Positions 37,775 through 47,322 of a stretch of 64,000 bases of DNA are shown here, in pieces. The DNA is taken from positions 3,635-67,634 of the IMG/VR virus record IMGVR_UViG_3300030329_005612; one strand, written 5' to 3'. Source of the stretch: a virus. Numbering within the stretch: position 1 is the stretch's first letter; every line of letters begins with the position of its first letter. The position numbers and the translations under genes were made by a program. The notes below the pieces were generated by a model. It had not been told where the DNA came from and did no database searches. It saw nothing but the letters and a program-made list of their open reading frames with translations.

Positions 37775-38250
37775 ATTTCCTCTATCCTTTTGGCCTTGTC
37801 GTCAATTACCATGTCGCAAGCTGGTTTGATATACTTTCCTTTAGAGCCGGTAGATAAATCATGAAATTTACAACCCCATGACTCCAGCTGCTTCCAAGTG
37901 AATTCATAGTAGCATTTACCCAAAGATATAGATTTCTGAGAGCCCCCTCTGGCGGTCCAATAAACAACATACCATCCTTCGTCATATAATTTATTTATTT
38001 TATTTATATTTTCTTGATTAGGTTCCGCAAGGTTATACTGCCTTTTACCTGAATAAAAACAAATTGTTTCATCTATATCAACTAACACAACTTTTCTATC
38101 ATCAGATGAAAATTTCTTTGATTCATGAAATTCCATATTTCTTGCCAATTCATCGTACATTGCTGCCTCAGGATGTCTATAAGAACCTAACATATTTCTA
38201 TCACGACAGTATTTATTTCTCCACCTTAACCATTCTGGGTAGGATGCCAT
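37771..38250 (-). CDS. HAD-superfamily phosphatase-like protein
   Basis: VDIDETIC, WTARG and KP..D..IDDKA. Confidence 0.85.
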   Translation of the reverse strand: MASYPEWLRWRNKYCRDRNMLGSYRHPEAAMYDELARNMEFHESKKFSSDDRKVVLVDIDETICFYSGKRQYNLAEPNQENINKINKLYDEGWYVVYWTARGGSQKSISLGKCYYEFTWKQLESWGCKFHDLSTGSKGKYIKPACDMVIDDKAKRIEEI

Positions 38251-38404
38251 TTAGTTACCTCGTTAAAATTATGTCTAAGATTAACTTGAAGCCACTTTTC
38301 CGACTCCGCACTGTAATGGTTGCCGTGGGTTATATGCATATTTTGCCTTTCTACGCTACGATACATAGCCATTAATATATCACATTTTACTTTTTGTTTA
38401 TCTT

Positions 38405-39181
38405 TCATCTTTTGCGCGTGTTTTTTCTTTTCGTTTTTGATTTTGATTTAGAGGGTCTTGCTCGCTTGACTTCTGGCATCATCGCTCGAATTTCGTCTAC
38501 CAGTTGAAGTTCAATTGCTTCATCAGCACTAATCCACCAGTCCTTTCTATCCCAGTTTCTTTTTATCTTTTGCTTTGTGAGCTTTGATCGGTTTGTAAAA
38601 ATTTCTAGAATACGTTCTTCAATTCTTTTTACAAATTCCACTTCATCTTCTATTTCAAATGTTTTACCATGTGCTCCAAACGCTGCTCGGTGAATCATAA
38701 CCCAAGCTTGGTGGCCAACCCACCTTATATCACCCGCTTGCAATAAAATTCCCGCCATTGAAGCAGCCATGCCTAATGTGCCCGTTGTTATTTTGTGCCC
38801 TTTGTTTCGCAGGGATTGAATAAAATCAAACAATTCAAAACCAGAAATAATTTCACCACCGGGAGAAGAAAAAATAATTTCAATATCACATTTAGGATCG
38901 AGTCTAGACCATTCGGTGAGCTTTTTCATGCAGCTACCCACAGAAGAACTGCTTACCGAACCAGAGAATCTATAAAGATGGTTTTCTTCATCTTTTGCTT
39001 GATCTTTTGCCCTGCTTTTAAAAGCTTTTTCGGTTTCTATTTCAGATTTAGAGGCTTCTGATTCAATTTTTCTTGCTTCAGCCTCTGCTTTTCTTGCTTC
39101 AGCCTCTGCTTTTTTAACTTCGGCATACTTAACAGCAAGATCAGCTGCTAACTCTTCTGAGGTTTTATTTTTTTCGCTCAT
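38405..39181 (-). CDS. clpP: ClpP-like protease with N-terminal coiled coil
   Basis: SPGG, GMAASMA (Ser), MIH (His) and DWWISADEA...LVD (Asp). Confidence 0.88.
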   Translation of the reverse strand: MSEKNKTSEELAADLAVKYAEVKKAEAEARKAEAEARKIESEASKSEIETEKAFKSRAKDQAKDEENHLYRFSGSVSSSSVGSCMKKLTEWSRLDPKCDIEIIFSSPGGEIISGFELFDFIQSLRNKGHKITTGTLGMAASMAGILLQAGDIRWVGHQAWVMIHRAAFGAHGKTFEIEDEVEFVKRIEERILEIFTNRSKLTKQKIKRNWDRKDWWISADEAIELQLVDEIRAMMPEVKRARPSKSKSKTKRKNTRKR

Positions 39182-39376
39182 GGTTTTTACCTGTCCTTAA
39201 ATCTCCTTACTATCTTTACAAAAAAATTAGGTTTAGGTTCTGTGGAGTAAGGATAAAGTTTTTCTTTTTTTCTACGTTTAATTTCTTGTTTCTGATGCTT
39301 TACATGTTTTTCCCACTCCTCTCTTTCCTTCGAGCTAAGATGGGGAGGGATAGGGCTTCTTTTATAATAGTGCTCG

Positions 39377-39613
39377 TTAGTCATCTTTCTTGTCTTGCTT
39401 TCCTTTGTCTTTTGCATCTTCTTGGTTGCCTATTGCTCCCCCTACTGCTGCCCCTACTCCCGCTCCAATTAACGTTCCTTTCGTGTCTTTGCCTATAGCC
39501 TGACCAGCCAACGCTCCAATAGCTCCTCCAATGAGGGCTCCAGTGCCGGTTTTAGTAACGCAACCAGTAGTTAGTGTTAGTGCCAGTATTAATATTAATA
39601 TTAGTTTTTTCAT
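39377..39613 (-). CDS. Glycine-zipper lipoprotein
   Basis: TTGC lipobox; GALIGGAIGALAG and GTLIGAGVGAAVGGAIG. Confidence 0.85.
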   Translation of the reverse strand: MKKLILILILALTLTTGCVTKTGTGALIGGAIGALAGQAIGKDTKGTLIGAGVGAAVGGAIGNQEDAKDKGKQDKKDD

Positions 39614-39617
39614 AAAA

Positions 39618-41162
39618 TTATTTCATTCCTTGGGGAAAAGTTAGTTTATCGGCATGATTCACCGTCCAACTTACTTCATGTGTGACAGCCCTGAAAGTTC
39701 TAGCTGCACTGGGAAAACCATTTCCAGACTTCTTGACTCCTCCAAAGGCAAGATGTGATTCGGCTGCAATAGAGCCACCATTCCAGTAAATCATACCCGC
39801 TTCACACTCGTCTCTTAATACTCGTGCTTTTCTGAAATCATTAGTAAGAACTCCTACCGCTAATCCATACTCTGTATCATTATAAATCCGAATAGCATCT
39901 TCCAAAGTATCAAAAGGAATAATGGCTACGTGAGGACCAAAAACTTCATTGCGTAAATAAGGGGCGTCACCCCCGCGCCATTCTACTTTATAAATCATGG
40001 GTGTAGAAAAGAAGGCTCCATTATCAGTAGTGTAGGTGGGGTGTAGCACTACGTCTGCTTGGGGGTCGTCTATAACCATTTGGTTGTACTGGCTAACTTT
40101 ATTGAAGGCTTGTTCATTAATGAGAGGTCCATAATACATTTCTTTGTTCACAACCCACTCTTCCCAAGCTACCACTTCAGGCATTCCAGTAGACTTTGTT
40201 ATTTGTATAAATGGATTGCCAGTTTTTATATCTTTACTTTTTTCAACAAACCGTGATACGAATTCATCATATACCGTACGCTGAACTATTAACCTTCCAG
40301 AAGAAACACACCGTTGACCAGAAAGTTTATATGCGCTAGCCACAGCCGCTTCAAGTGCGAGGTCCATTTCTACGTCATCAAAAATGATACAAGCTGACTT
40401 ACTGCCCATCTCACACGATGTTGTTTTATGCCAGCTGTCTGCTGCAACCCTTCGTATGTGTTGCCCTACTTCTGCACTTCCTGTAAAACAAATATGATCT
40501 ACATCATCGACGGCTAAAAGGTTTCCTGTATCTCCTTCTCCATGAACCAAATTAATAACACCAGCTGGAATACCAGCTTCTTCATAAATTTCTATAGCTA
40601 ACTGAGATGACATGGGTGCATCTTCGGAGGGTTTGAGTATTACAGTGTTCCCTTCTACAAGGGCTGGCGCAGCACACCAGTACGCTCCAATAGCCAAAGG
40701 AAAATTAAACGGAGATATAATTGCTATTACACCTTTTGGCTTGCGTAGCATGTAGGCATCTTTATCTTCTATCTCAGACGCTACTGCTTCGCCGTGAGAA
40801 TATCTACCTGAACCAAACGCAAATTGAGCCATATGTAAAGCTTCATTTACCTCTGCTATGGACTCGTTATAGTTTTTACCTGTCTCTAGTGAAATAACTT
40901 CTGCTAGCTCTTCTTTTCTGTTTTCAATTATTTGAGCTACCCTGTTCATGTAATCAGAGCGCACAAATCTGCTAACTTTTTTCCACTTATGGAAAGCTTT
41001 CCTCGCAGATTTAACTGCTAAATCCACCTCGTTAGGTCCACTTAATGGGAATGCACCTAAAGGTTTTCCTGTGGATGGATTAATATTATGGTAGCTGCTT
41101 TCATCCTTGGTGTGAGGCAGGCTCCACTCTCCATTAATATAATTTTTTCCTTCCATGTTCAT
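39618..41162 (-). CDS. Aldehyde dehydrogenase
   Basis: ISPFNFP, LKPSE, FTGS, CEMGSK, GQRCVS, EVFGP and FGGVKKSG. Confidence 0.95.
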   Translation of the reverse strand: MNMEGKNYINGEWSLPHTKDESSYHNINPSTGKPLGAFPLSGPNEVDLAVKSARKAFHKWKKVSRFVRSDYMNRVAQIIENRKEELAEVISLETGKNYNESIAEVNEALHMAQFAFGSGRYSHGEAVASEIEDKDAYMLRKPKGVIAIISPFNFPLAIGAYWCAAPALVEGNTVILKPSEDAPMSSQLAIEIYEEAGIPAGVINLVHGEGDTGNLLAVDDVDHICFTGSAEVGQHIRRVAADSWHKTTSCEMGSKSACIIFDDVEMDLALEAAVASAYKLSGQRCVSSGRLIVQRTVYDEFVSRFVEKSKDIKTGNPFIQITKSTGMPEVVAWEEWVVNKEMYYGPLINEQAFNKVSQYNQMVIDDPQADVVLHPTYTTDNGAFFSTPMIYKVEWRGGDAPYLRNEVFGPHVAIIPFDTLEDAIRIYNDTEYGLAVGVLTNDFRKARVLRDECEAGMIYWNGGSIAAESHLAFGGVKKSGNGFPSAARTFRAVTHEVSWTVNHADKLTFPQGMK

Positions 41163-41397
41163 CTTATTTACCTTGTTTTTGCATTATTTATTTTATTAGT
41201 AGGGCAACAATCACTGCCAACCCCACCCCAAACAGAGATATACCTATCCACAATAAGCCTGACAAGGCTGTTGCTGCCACAGACCTTTGGAGGCGAATAG
41301 TATTCTGTTTTGAGCGAAGGCCGTATTCCATAATCTACCAATAGGGTTAAGTCTCATATTTATGGTATTAATTTTTATTTAATTTTCTAAATTATTA

Positions 41398-41751
41398 TCA
41401 ATCTCTCCATATCCGATAGCTATCTTCGTCTTTATGGAATGTGCTACTTTCAATAATAACACAGTCTGTTAAGGCTTCTATTTGGTGGGGAACCAACCTA
41501 TCAATGGTATAGCAATCCCCCTCATTTAACGGAAGAGAGACTTGTGTAGCCGTCTCGGTGTCAATGCTTCGGAGTATGCACATCCCCTCTAAAATATAAA
41601 ACGTTTCATGTTTATCAGAATGATAATGCATACTAAACTTGTGGCCATTTTTTATATTGAGAATCTTGCCACAGTAATTATTTTCCTCATCATTAGCTAG
41701 CCAAAGCTCATGCCCCCATATTTTTTGAACTTTTTTGGGCTTATTTTTCAC
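41398..41751 (-). CDS. Cupin (sugar isomerase-like)
   Basis: KIWGHE, SMHYH..KHETFY, PH and ESSTFH..EDSYR. Confidence 0.8.
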   Translation of the reverse strand: MKNKPKKVQKIWGHELWLANDEENNYCGKILNIKNGHKFSMHYHSDKHETFYILEGMCILRSIDTETATQVSLPLNEGDCYTIDRLVPHQIEALTDCVIIESSTFHKDEDSYRIWRD

Positions 41752-41793
41752 AAGATATACTATAAAAAAATATATATGTATTCTAAATAATAT

Positions 41794-42864
41794 TTATAAA
41801 TTAGAATAAACCTCACTCTCCTTGAAAGAATTTAAAAAATACTTACCCGTAAGCTTTTTTCTAGTATCGCAAGTTTTTAAATACTCGTGGGTACGATAGA
41901 TTAAATCCATATTGAACATTTTTTGAACAGCCTCTTCCATACAGCTAAAGTAAAAAGGGTAATCCTCCCCCAAGTACTCAATGGTGGGGGGAAGCGGGTT
42001 AACTAAAATGGGAGTAGCTCTCGCAATAGCCTCAATAATTGAATTGCTTGCGCTGCACGTGTATACATCTAGAAAAATAATATTTTCTGAAAAAATATCA
42101 TCATACTCTTCATTACTAAGCTTGTGAAGCTCTTCTACATAACCAGTTTCCTCTGAATAATAATAGTTATGATTTACGGAGGTAGAATAGTCGTACCTTA
42201 ATTCCTTTAGCCTAAGACCATGAACAAACTGATGAGGAGAACTATTGGCCTCATAAGGGAGAATTCTGGTTTTTGTATAAATGTTATTATCAACAGGAAG
42301 ATAATAAATAGAATTAATTTTTCTCAACCAGTACCCTACATTAAGAAGTCTTTTCTTTGGGTTCTTTAAAAAGTTATTAAAATTAAATTGCTTTTCTGGT
42401 ATTTCAGTAGGATGACAAAGTACGGACACAGGCACATTTACAAGGTTGCGGTAGAAGTCTGCGTGGTATTCTGTTAAAGTAAATAACCCTAAACAAGAAT
42501 CTATACTTTTTTTAAATTCAGGCATATTAATTATTACCTCAGGAAGACCTTTAGGGCCAAACCACCACGGGTAATTTTGAGGGTTATGGAAAAACCCCAC
42601 CCAAGGTTTACGGATAGGTACTACGCCGTTGCTTTTACATTCGTCTAATCGCCAATAAAATTCATTCTCCAAAAAACCATAAAATGATATTCCACGAGAG
42701 TTGTGAAGGGGCTCTAGGGCTCCCACTGCATAATCCCAGCCACTTCTGTGGGTTGAAAAGGTAGGCTGCTCAGTCAATTGTATTTTACCATTGGGGTTGT
42801 CTCCAGAAAACGTTGTGGTATCCTGCCCCCATTCATTTACGCGTACCTTAGAAACCTTTGACAT
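41794..42864 (-). CDS. Glycosyltransferase-like protein
   Basis: WVGFFHNP, HPTE, GYWLR, SASNSIIEAIARATP and EYLG.DYP; GT-B-like C-terminal motif. Confidence 0.55.
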   Translation of the reverse strand: MSKVSKVRVNEWGQDTTTFSGDNPNGKIQLTEQPTFSTHRSGWDYAVGALEPLHNSRGISFYGFLENEFYWRLDECKSNGVVPIRKPWVGFFHNPQNYPWWFGPKGLPEVIINMPEFKKSIDSCLGLFTLTEYHADFYRNLVNVPVSVLCHPTEIPEKQFNFNNFLKNPKKRLLNVGYWLRKINSIYYLPVDNNIYTKTRILPYEANSSPHQFVHGLRLKELRYDYSTSVNHNYYYSEETGYVEELHKLSNEEYDDIFSENIIFLDVYTCSASNSIIEAIARATPILVNPLPPTIEYLGEDYPFYFSCMEEAVQKMFNMDLIYRTHEYLKTCDTRKKLTGKYFLNSFKESEVYSNL

Positions 42865-42878
42865 TATATTTAAATTAT

Positions 42879-43160
42879 TTAAAACTCATAAAGAAGTTCA
42901 TTATTAAACATTATTTTAACATAATCTACCTTGCAAGTTTGTTTAATTGTTGATTTAGCAAAATCAGTTAAGGATTGCGGGATTGCATGGTATAGATCAA
43001 TTGCTTGCTGATGGCGTTGCTTACGATTGCATGAACAGCCATGGGGTAGTCCCCTCATTAAGTCTATGAATAGACGCTGCAAGGGGTCTACGACATCACC
43101 AATGCTCTGAAGCATTGCTGTCATTCCATTGAGGTCAGAGACTATTAATTCATTCCTCAT
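42879..43160 (-). CDS. Hypothetical protein
   Basis: 93-aa ORF with GCSCNRK. Confidence 0.55.
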   Translation of the reverse strand: MRNELIVSDLNGMTAMLQSIGDVVDPLQRLFIDLMRGLPHGCSCNRKQRHQQAIDLYHAIPQSLTDFAKSTIKQTCKVDYVKIMFNNELLYEF

Positions 43161-43516
43161 AAAGTAGCAATCCTAACTATTATAAAATAGATTACCAAGC
43201 TTAACAAATAAAGTAAGCAAAAATAAACTAAACCTATAGCCAAAGAAATAAAGAAAGAATACCATATTCCCAAACAGAATGGACAGGTAATAAGTCTAGT
43301 AATGAAGCAATCTTTCCTCACGGTGAGAAAAGAAATGTAATCACCACTATAATCTTCACGAACATACTCCTCGTATTCATCAAGACATAACATTTTATTT
43401 AATTTAAAAAGCCTTCCATATTCTACAACAGCATTCGTTTTAAACCAGACTGTAAATATAAAAGAAATAAATGAACTAAAAATTAATAAAAGCTCAATAT
43501 TTATCACCTTAAACAT
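43157..43516 (-). CDS. DUF1360-like membrane protein
   Basis: LITCPFCLGIW between hydrophobic helices. Confidence 0.55.
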   Translation of the reverse strand: MFKVINIELLLIFSSFISFIFTVWFKTNAVVEYGRLFKLNKMLCLDEYEEYVREDYSGDYISFLTVRKDCFITRLITCPFCLGIWYSFFISLAIGLVYFCLLYLLSLVIYFIIVRIATL

Positions 43517-43574
43517 CTTAGCAATTATATAAGTTCTAATTTAATTTAACAAAATTTTTGTTGAAAAAGTGTGA

Positions 43575-43972
43575 TAACTTTTCTCGGAACATTAGGAGAC
43601 ACTAGTACCCCCCCAAAGGGGGGATACTGTATTTAGTGTGTGTATATAACTTTTCTTCGGCCCCTTTAAATTATTTAATGCGGAGGGGATTTGAAACTCC
43701 GCGACACAAAATACTGGCGATTAACTAAAATCGCGATAGCCTACCACTAAATGGCGGGAGGGACTGTGCTCAAAAACTCCGCTTACGACTATCTACCACA
43801 ACACGCTGGGCATTGCCATAGTAATTAACTATGCGTCCTTGTTCTCGTGTATTTGAAACGAGAGGCTACCCTTTGATCTGGAAGTAAGCCAACTTCCCCC
43901 CTACTGCATTCGGTTTGTCTCAGGAAACTCCACTGATTACTCTCAGCGAGCTTAAAAGGAATTCCGCCTTTT
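43575..43972 (-). ncRNA. ~400-nt structured non-coding RNA candidate
   Basis: ORF-free, GC-enriched, about ten hairpins, own promoter TTGACA-17-TATCAT at 43977-44005. Confidence 0.55.
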
Positions 43973-44001
43973 GGGTATGATAATACCCCTAGAAGGATTT
44001 G

Positions 44002-44517
44002 TCAACTATTTATGAAACCCGTACTCCCAAAACCTTTTGGCCCCCGGAAACTTTCTCCAAGCTGATCTACTTCTTCCCACTCAATTTCTTGACACTTTTC
44101 AATTATTAATTGGGCAATTCTATCTCCTCTGTAAAAATTTATACTTTTATCACAGCCGAAGGAAGACTTCTCAGAATTAACACTAGTTACCCACGCTTGG
44201 GAATTATATTTTTTTTCAAAAAGAGAAGAAGGTAAATTTAAGTTAATAATAATAATTTTTATCTCCCCCCGATAACCTGAATCAATAATACCTCCGAGAA
44301 TATGTAAACCCTTGTTTACAGCTAGGCCGCTGCGCGGAGCGATTCTTCCATAGTATCCCTCAGGAATTTCTATACAAAGACCAGTGGAAACACAGGCCCT
44401 TTGCATGGGGCCTAAAATAATAGGGTCTTCAGTATGCAAATCATAACCAGCGTCACCCGGTAAAGATTTACGCGGGAGAGAGATACCCTCATGTGCTCTG
44501 GTGATATTAATTTTCAC
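44002..44517 (-). CDS. dut: dUTPase
   Basis: AGYDL, IAPRSGLA, GIIDSGYRGEI, GDRIAQL and RG.KGFGSTG. Confidence 0.97.
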   Translation of the reverse strand: MKINITRAHEGISLPRKSLPGDAGYDLHTEDPIILGPMQRACVSTGLCIEIPEGYYGRIAPRSGLAVNKGLHILGGIIDSGYRGEIKIIIINLNLPSSLFEKKYNSQAWVTSVNSEKSSFGCDKSINFYRGDRIAQLIIEKCQEIEWEEVDQLGESFRGPKGFGSTGFINS

Positions 44518-45374
44518 TTCTTAGTAGATTTCTTTTTTCTAGACTTCTTTTCTTTTCTGTCTACACATTCATTTCTAAAAATTGCAGCGGGTAATATATA
44601 CCCCTCCATTCCTACGCTCAACATTTGAGAATATAGTGATTTAGTGTCCTTGGGAAAACATGTCCCCCCAAATCCCTTTTTGCCATCTGGGCCCGGAACC
44701 TGAGTGTGACTCGAGCCAATCCTTTTATCCAGACGCACTATTTCAACAACACTGTTATAATTAATTTTTTGTTTTCTACAAAATTCTTCCATCTCATTAA
44801 AGAAGGATACCTTAATCGCCAAGAAATTATTTCGTATTGCTTTTACAGTCTCTGCTTCACCCGTTGAACAAAAAACTAAATTAGCATTTTTAATTTTTCC
44901 GTTACGTTTGGCAGTAATAAACATCTTACGAACTAGTTTCTTGAGGCGCGCCCCAAGTGGGCCACTCAGCAGGAGGAGACCCACAATCCAATTTTCACAA
45001 TTATAAACATCTTTTTCCCAATTTCTTTCAGTAAGAAACTCAGGCATGTAATTGACACCCAACTTTTTAGACGTTCCCACTGGTACTGTAGATCGTATAA
45101 AAATTCTAGAGTTATCAACAGGCAAAGAGTTCACTACTTCCTCTACCATAGAGGTGTCACAGCTACCATCTTTGTCTTCGGGCGTGGGGACACAAACGAA
45201 AACCAGATCACAAACCTTGAGATCGTCGAGCTTCGTGTCAGAGGGAATACATTTCTTAGGGTCGATGTCGTAAGTGATTACTGTATTATCTTCCACATCG
45301 GCGTAATTGTCTTTACAACCGAATAAACGAGTGGCTCCACCCACATAACCATTTCCTACTACTCCAATAATCAT
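44514..45374 (-). CDS. ugd: UDP-glucose/GDP-mannose dehydrogenase-family protein
   Basis: GNGYVG, VCVPTP, RSTVPVG, PEFL and GFGGTCFPKD; lacks the C-terminal domain. Confidence 0.85.
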   Translation of the reverse strand: MIIGVVGNGYVGGATRLFGCKDNYADVEDNTVITYDIDPKKCIPSDTKLDDLKVCDLVFVCVPTPEDKDGSCDTSMVEEVVNSLPVDNSRIFIRSTVPVGTSKKLGVNYMPEFLTERNWEKDVYNCENWIVGLLLLSGPLGARLKKLVRKMFITAKRNGKIKNANLVFCSTGEAETVKAIRNNFLAIKVSFFNEMEEFCRKQKINYNSVVEIVRLDKRIGSSHTQVPGPDGKKGFGGTCFPKDTKSLYSQMLSVGMEGYILPAAIFRNECVDRKEKKSRKKKSTKK

Positions 45375-45826
45375 GACATTTTAACTGTAATTTGTGAATC
45401 TTCAGTAAAGGCTGCGTGAATTTTAATTCTTTGCAAGTTAATGCCAAGGTCTTTACACAGTTCTAAAGAGGAGCTATCATAATGATAAATATCCCCAAAA
45501 ACGATGGTGGCGATTCCATAAGCTGCAACAGATTTTAAGCAATCATTACAGGGCAAGTGAGTACAAGCCAAGAGACTGCACTCGTGAGGCTTAACATAAC
45601 GCAGGGCATTTACTTCTGCGTGAACCACCCTTCGACGCCTTTCGTCTCGATTATCCCACTTAATCTCTATATTAGGAGGGGCTCCATTGTAACCAAGTGC
45701 AGCTACACTCTTGTCGTGACGCAAGACAGAACACCCTACCTGAAGATAAGGGTCTTCACTACGACAAGCAGCTACCTTGGCAAGCTCTAGAGCATACCTT
45801 TCCCATGACATCCTTTTATTTTTCAT
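45371..45826 (-). CDS. dCMP deaminase
   Basis: RSEDP, GYNG, HAEVNAL and PCNDC. Confidence 0.93.
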   Translation of the reverse strand: MKNKRMSWERYALELAKVAACRSEDPYLQVGCSVLRHDKSVAALGYNGAPPNIEIKWDNRDERRRRVVHAEVNALRYVKPHECSLLACTHLPCNDCLKSVAAYGIATIVFGDIYHYDSSSLELCKDLGINLQRIKIHAAFTEDSQITVKMS

Positions 45827-45831
45827 AAATT

Positions 45832-45918
45832 TGGTGGGGAAGGCGGGACTTGAACCCGCATAAGCTAATGCTCGACAGATTTTAAGTCTGTTGTGTATAC
45901 CAATTCCACCACTACCCC
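45832..45918 (-). tRNA. tRNA-Leu(UAA)
   Basis: Cloverleaf with long variable arm, loop CTTAAAA, encoded CCA. Confidence 0.93.
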
Positions 45919-45920
45919 AC

Positions 45921-46169
45921 TTACGGACTTTCGACTTGTACCTTTTTATAGATTACGGTGGGACGCCCCATCTTTTGCTGCTTGGAGGTTCCTACCTTTT
46001 GAAGCTTCCCATCTGCAACTGCTTTGTTCACCTTGAGTTGAACTGATACAGGGGATAGCTTTCCCTCTAAGGAAGTGTAGACCTCTCTCACTGAAAAGGT
46101 GTTTTCAGGCCAATTCACACTAAAAGAGGGGCGACCTTTCTTACGAGGAGTGTTAGTAGTATTATTCAT
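45921..46169 (-). CDS. Small winged-helix/AT-hook DNA-binding protein (start MNNTT)
   Basis: KKGRP and MGRP..Y motifs; perfect TTGACA-17-TATAAT 7 nt upstream. Confidence 0.7.
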   Translation of the reverse strand: MNNTTNTPRKKGRPSFSVNWPENTFSVREVYTSLEGKLSPVSVQLKVNKAVADGKLQKVGTSKQQKMGRPTVIYKKVQVESP

Positions 46170-46176
46170 TGGGTAA

Positions 46177-46205
46177 ATTATAAAACCTTTTATTATTAAT
46201 GTCAA
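46177..46205 (-). promoter_or_regulatory. Consensus sigma70 promoter at the strand-switch point
   Basis: TTGACA-ttaataataaaaggttt-TATAAT. Confidence 0.85.
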
Positions 46206-46249
46206 ATATTATTTTGCATTTTTATCATTTTTGTGGGATATTATTTTAT

Positions 46250-46663
46250 ATGACTGTTTTAGAAGGCTCAGGCAAATTATTTGAATGGTTTTCGCAAAAG
46301 GATAAATTTAATTTTGATGAAGACATGGGAAAACTATTACCAAAAGCAAAAAAAGAAGAAAGGGCTGCAATTAAATGTGCTCTTGAAGAATTTGAAAAAA
46401 TGGATGTTCTCAAATCTACAGATATCAACGCTGAAAGATACTGGATTTTAAACAAAAAATTTGATACCTTTGAGCAAGACCTCAAGATTTCACCCAAAAC
46501 AGGATTACTTATTTCACAATTAATTAATAATTTTTGTGAAATTCTAGAGATAGAAGATGAAGAATGCGATCCGCGCAACATCACCGAACAAGATATTAAT
46601 AATCTTCTGTTGATATGTTATCGCTTCATAGACAACAAGGAAACCGACCCCTCTAAAAACTAA
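46250..46663 (+). CDS. Hypothetical protein (start MTVLEG)
   Basis: First gene of the plus-strand block. Confidence 0.65.
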   Translation: MTVLEGSGKLFEWFSQKDKFNFDEDMGKLLPKAKKEERAAIKCALEEFEKMDVLKSTDINAERYWILNKKFDTFEQDLKISPKTGLLISQLINNFCEILEIEDEECDPRNITEQDINNLLLICYRFIDNKETDPSKN

Positions 46664-47322
46664 TGAAAACTCCATTTTTTATAGGTCTTTCGGGAATAGC
46701 TGGCTCAGGCAAGGATACCTTTTTTGAGTTTTTGAATTTAGAGTTACAAAAAAAAGACATAAAGGTTAAGCGTTACTCTTTTGCTGATCTGCTTAAAGAT
46801 GAAGTGGCTCCATGGACTTTACAGCATTACAAAATTGATGCTCGGGACTGCTCTCGAGAGGACAAAGAAAAAATTAGACCATTTTTGATTTTTCACGGAA
46901 CCTACAAAAGGTATACTAGCAACGGAAGACACTGGGTTAATCGTCTCAATGGGAGAATTAAGTGTGAACTAGAAGAGGATAATAATATACCTGATATTAT
47001 TTGCATAACAGATATAAGATATAATCATTACCCCCTTGATGAAGTTTACTGGCTAAAAAAAGAAAAAAAAGGTGTTTTAATCCACATTAATCGCTATAAA
47101 GAGGGGAAAAAGCGCGTTGCGATGATTCCTGAAGAAGAAAAGCACACCCCCAAGGTAGAAAGAGCAGCTGATTATGTAGTGAACGTAAACACAGTAGAGA
47201 AAAGCAAAATGCCTGAAGTTATTAGTGCTAAAATTTGTCCAATATTGCGCTGGCTCCAGACCTCAAAAGAAGTAAGCGAAGGTGGCTATGAATGGCAAAA
47301 ATCACTGACACAGAACTTGTAA
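46663..47322 (+). CDS. Deoxynucleoside monophosphate kinase-like protein
   Basis: IGLSGIAGSGKDT, SFADLLK and ITDIRY. Confidence 0.8.
   Translation: MKTPFFIGLSGIAGSGKDTFFEFLNLELQKKDIKVKRYSFADLLKDEVAPWTLQHYKIDARDCSREDKEKIRPFLIFHGTYKRYTSNGRHWVNRLNGRIKCELEEDNNIPDIICITDIRYNHYPLDEVYWLKKEKKGVLIHINRYKEGKKRVAMIPEEEKHTPKVERAADYVVNVNTVEKSKMPEVISAKICPILRWLQTSKEVSEGGYEWQKSLTQNL

Noticed and set aside
39068-39114. 21-bp tandem repeat in clpP
   Set aside because: An in-frame coiled-coil heptad duplication (KAEAEAR x2), not a separate element.
43575-43972. RNase P RNA or tmRNA
   Set aside because: No GAGGAAAGUCC P4 motif and no acceptor stem with a CCA end.
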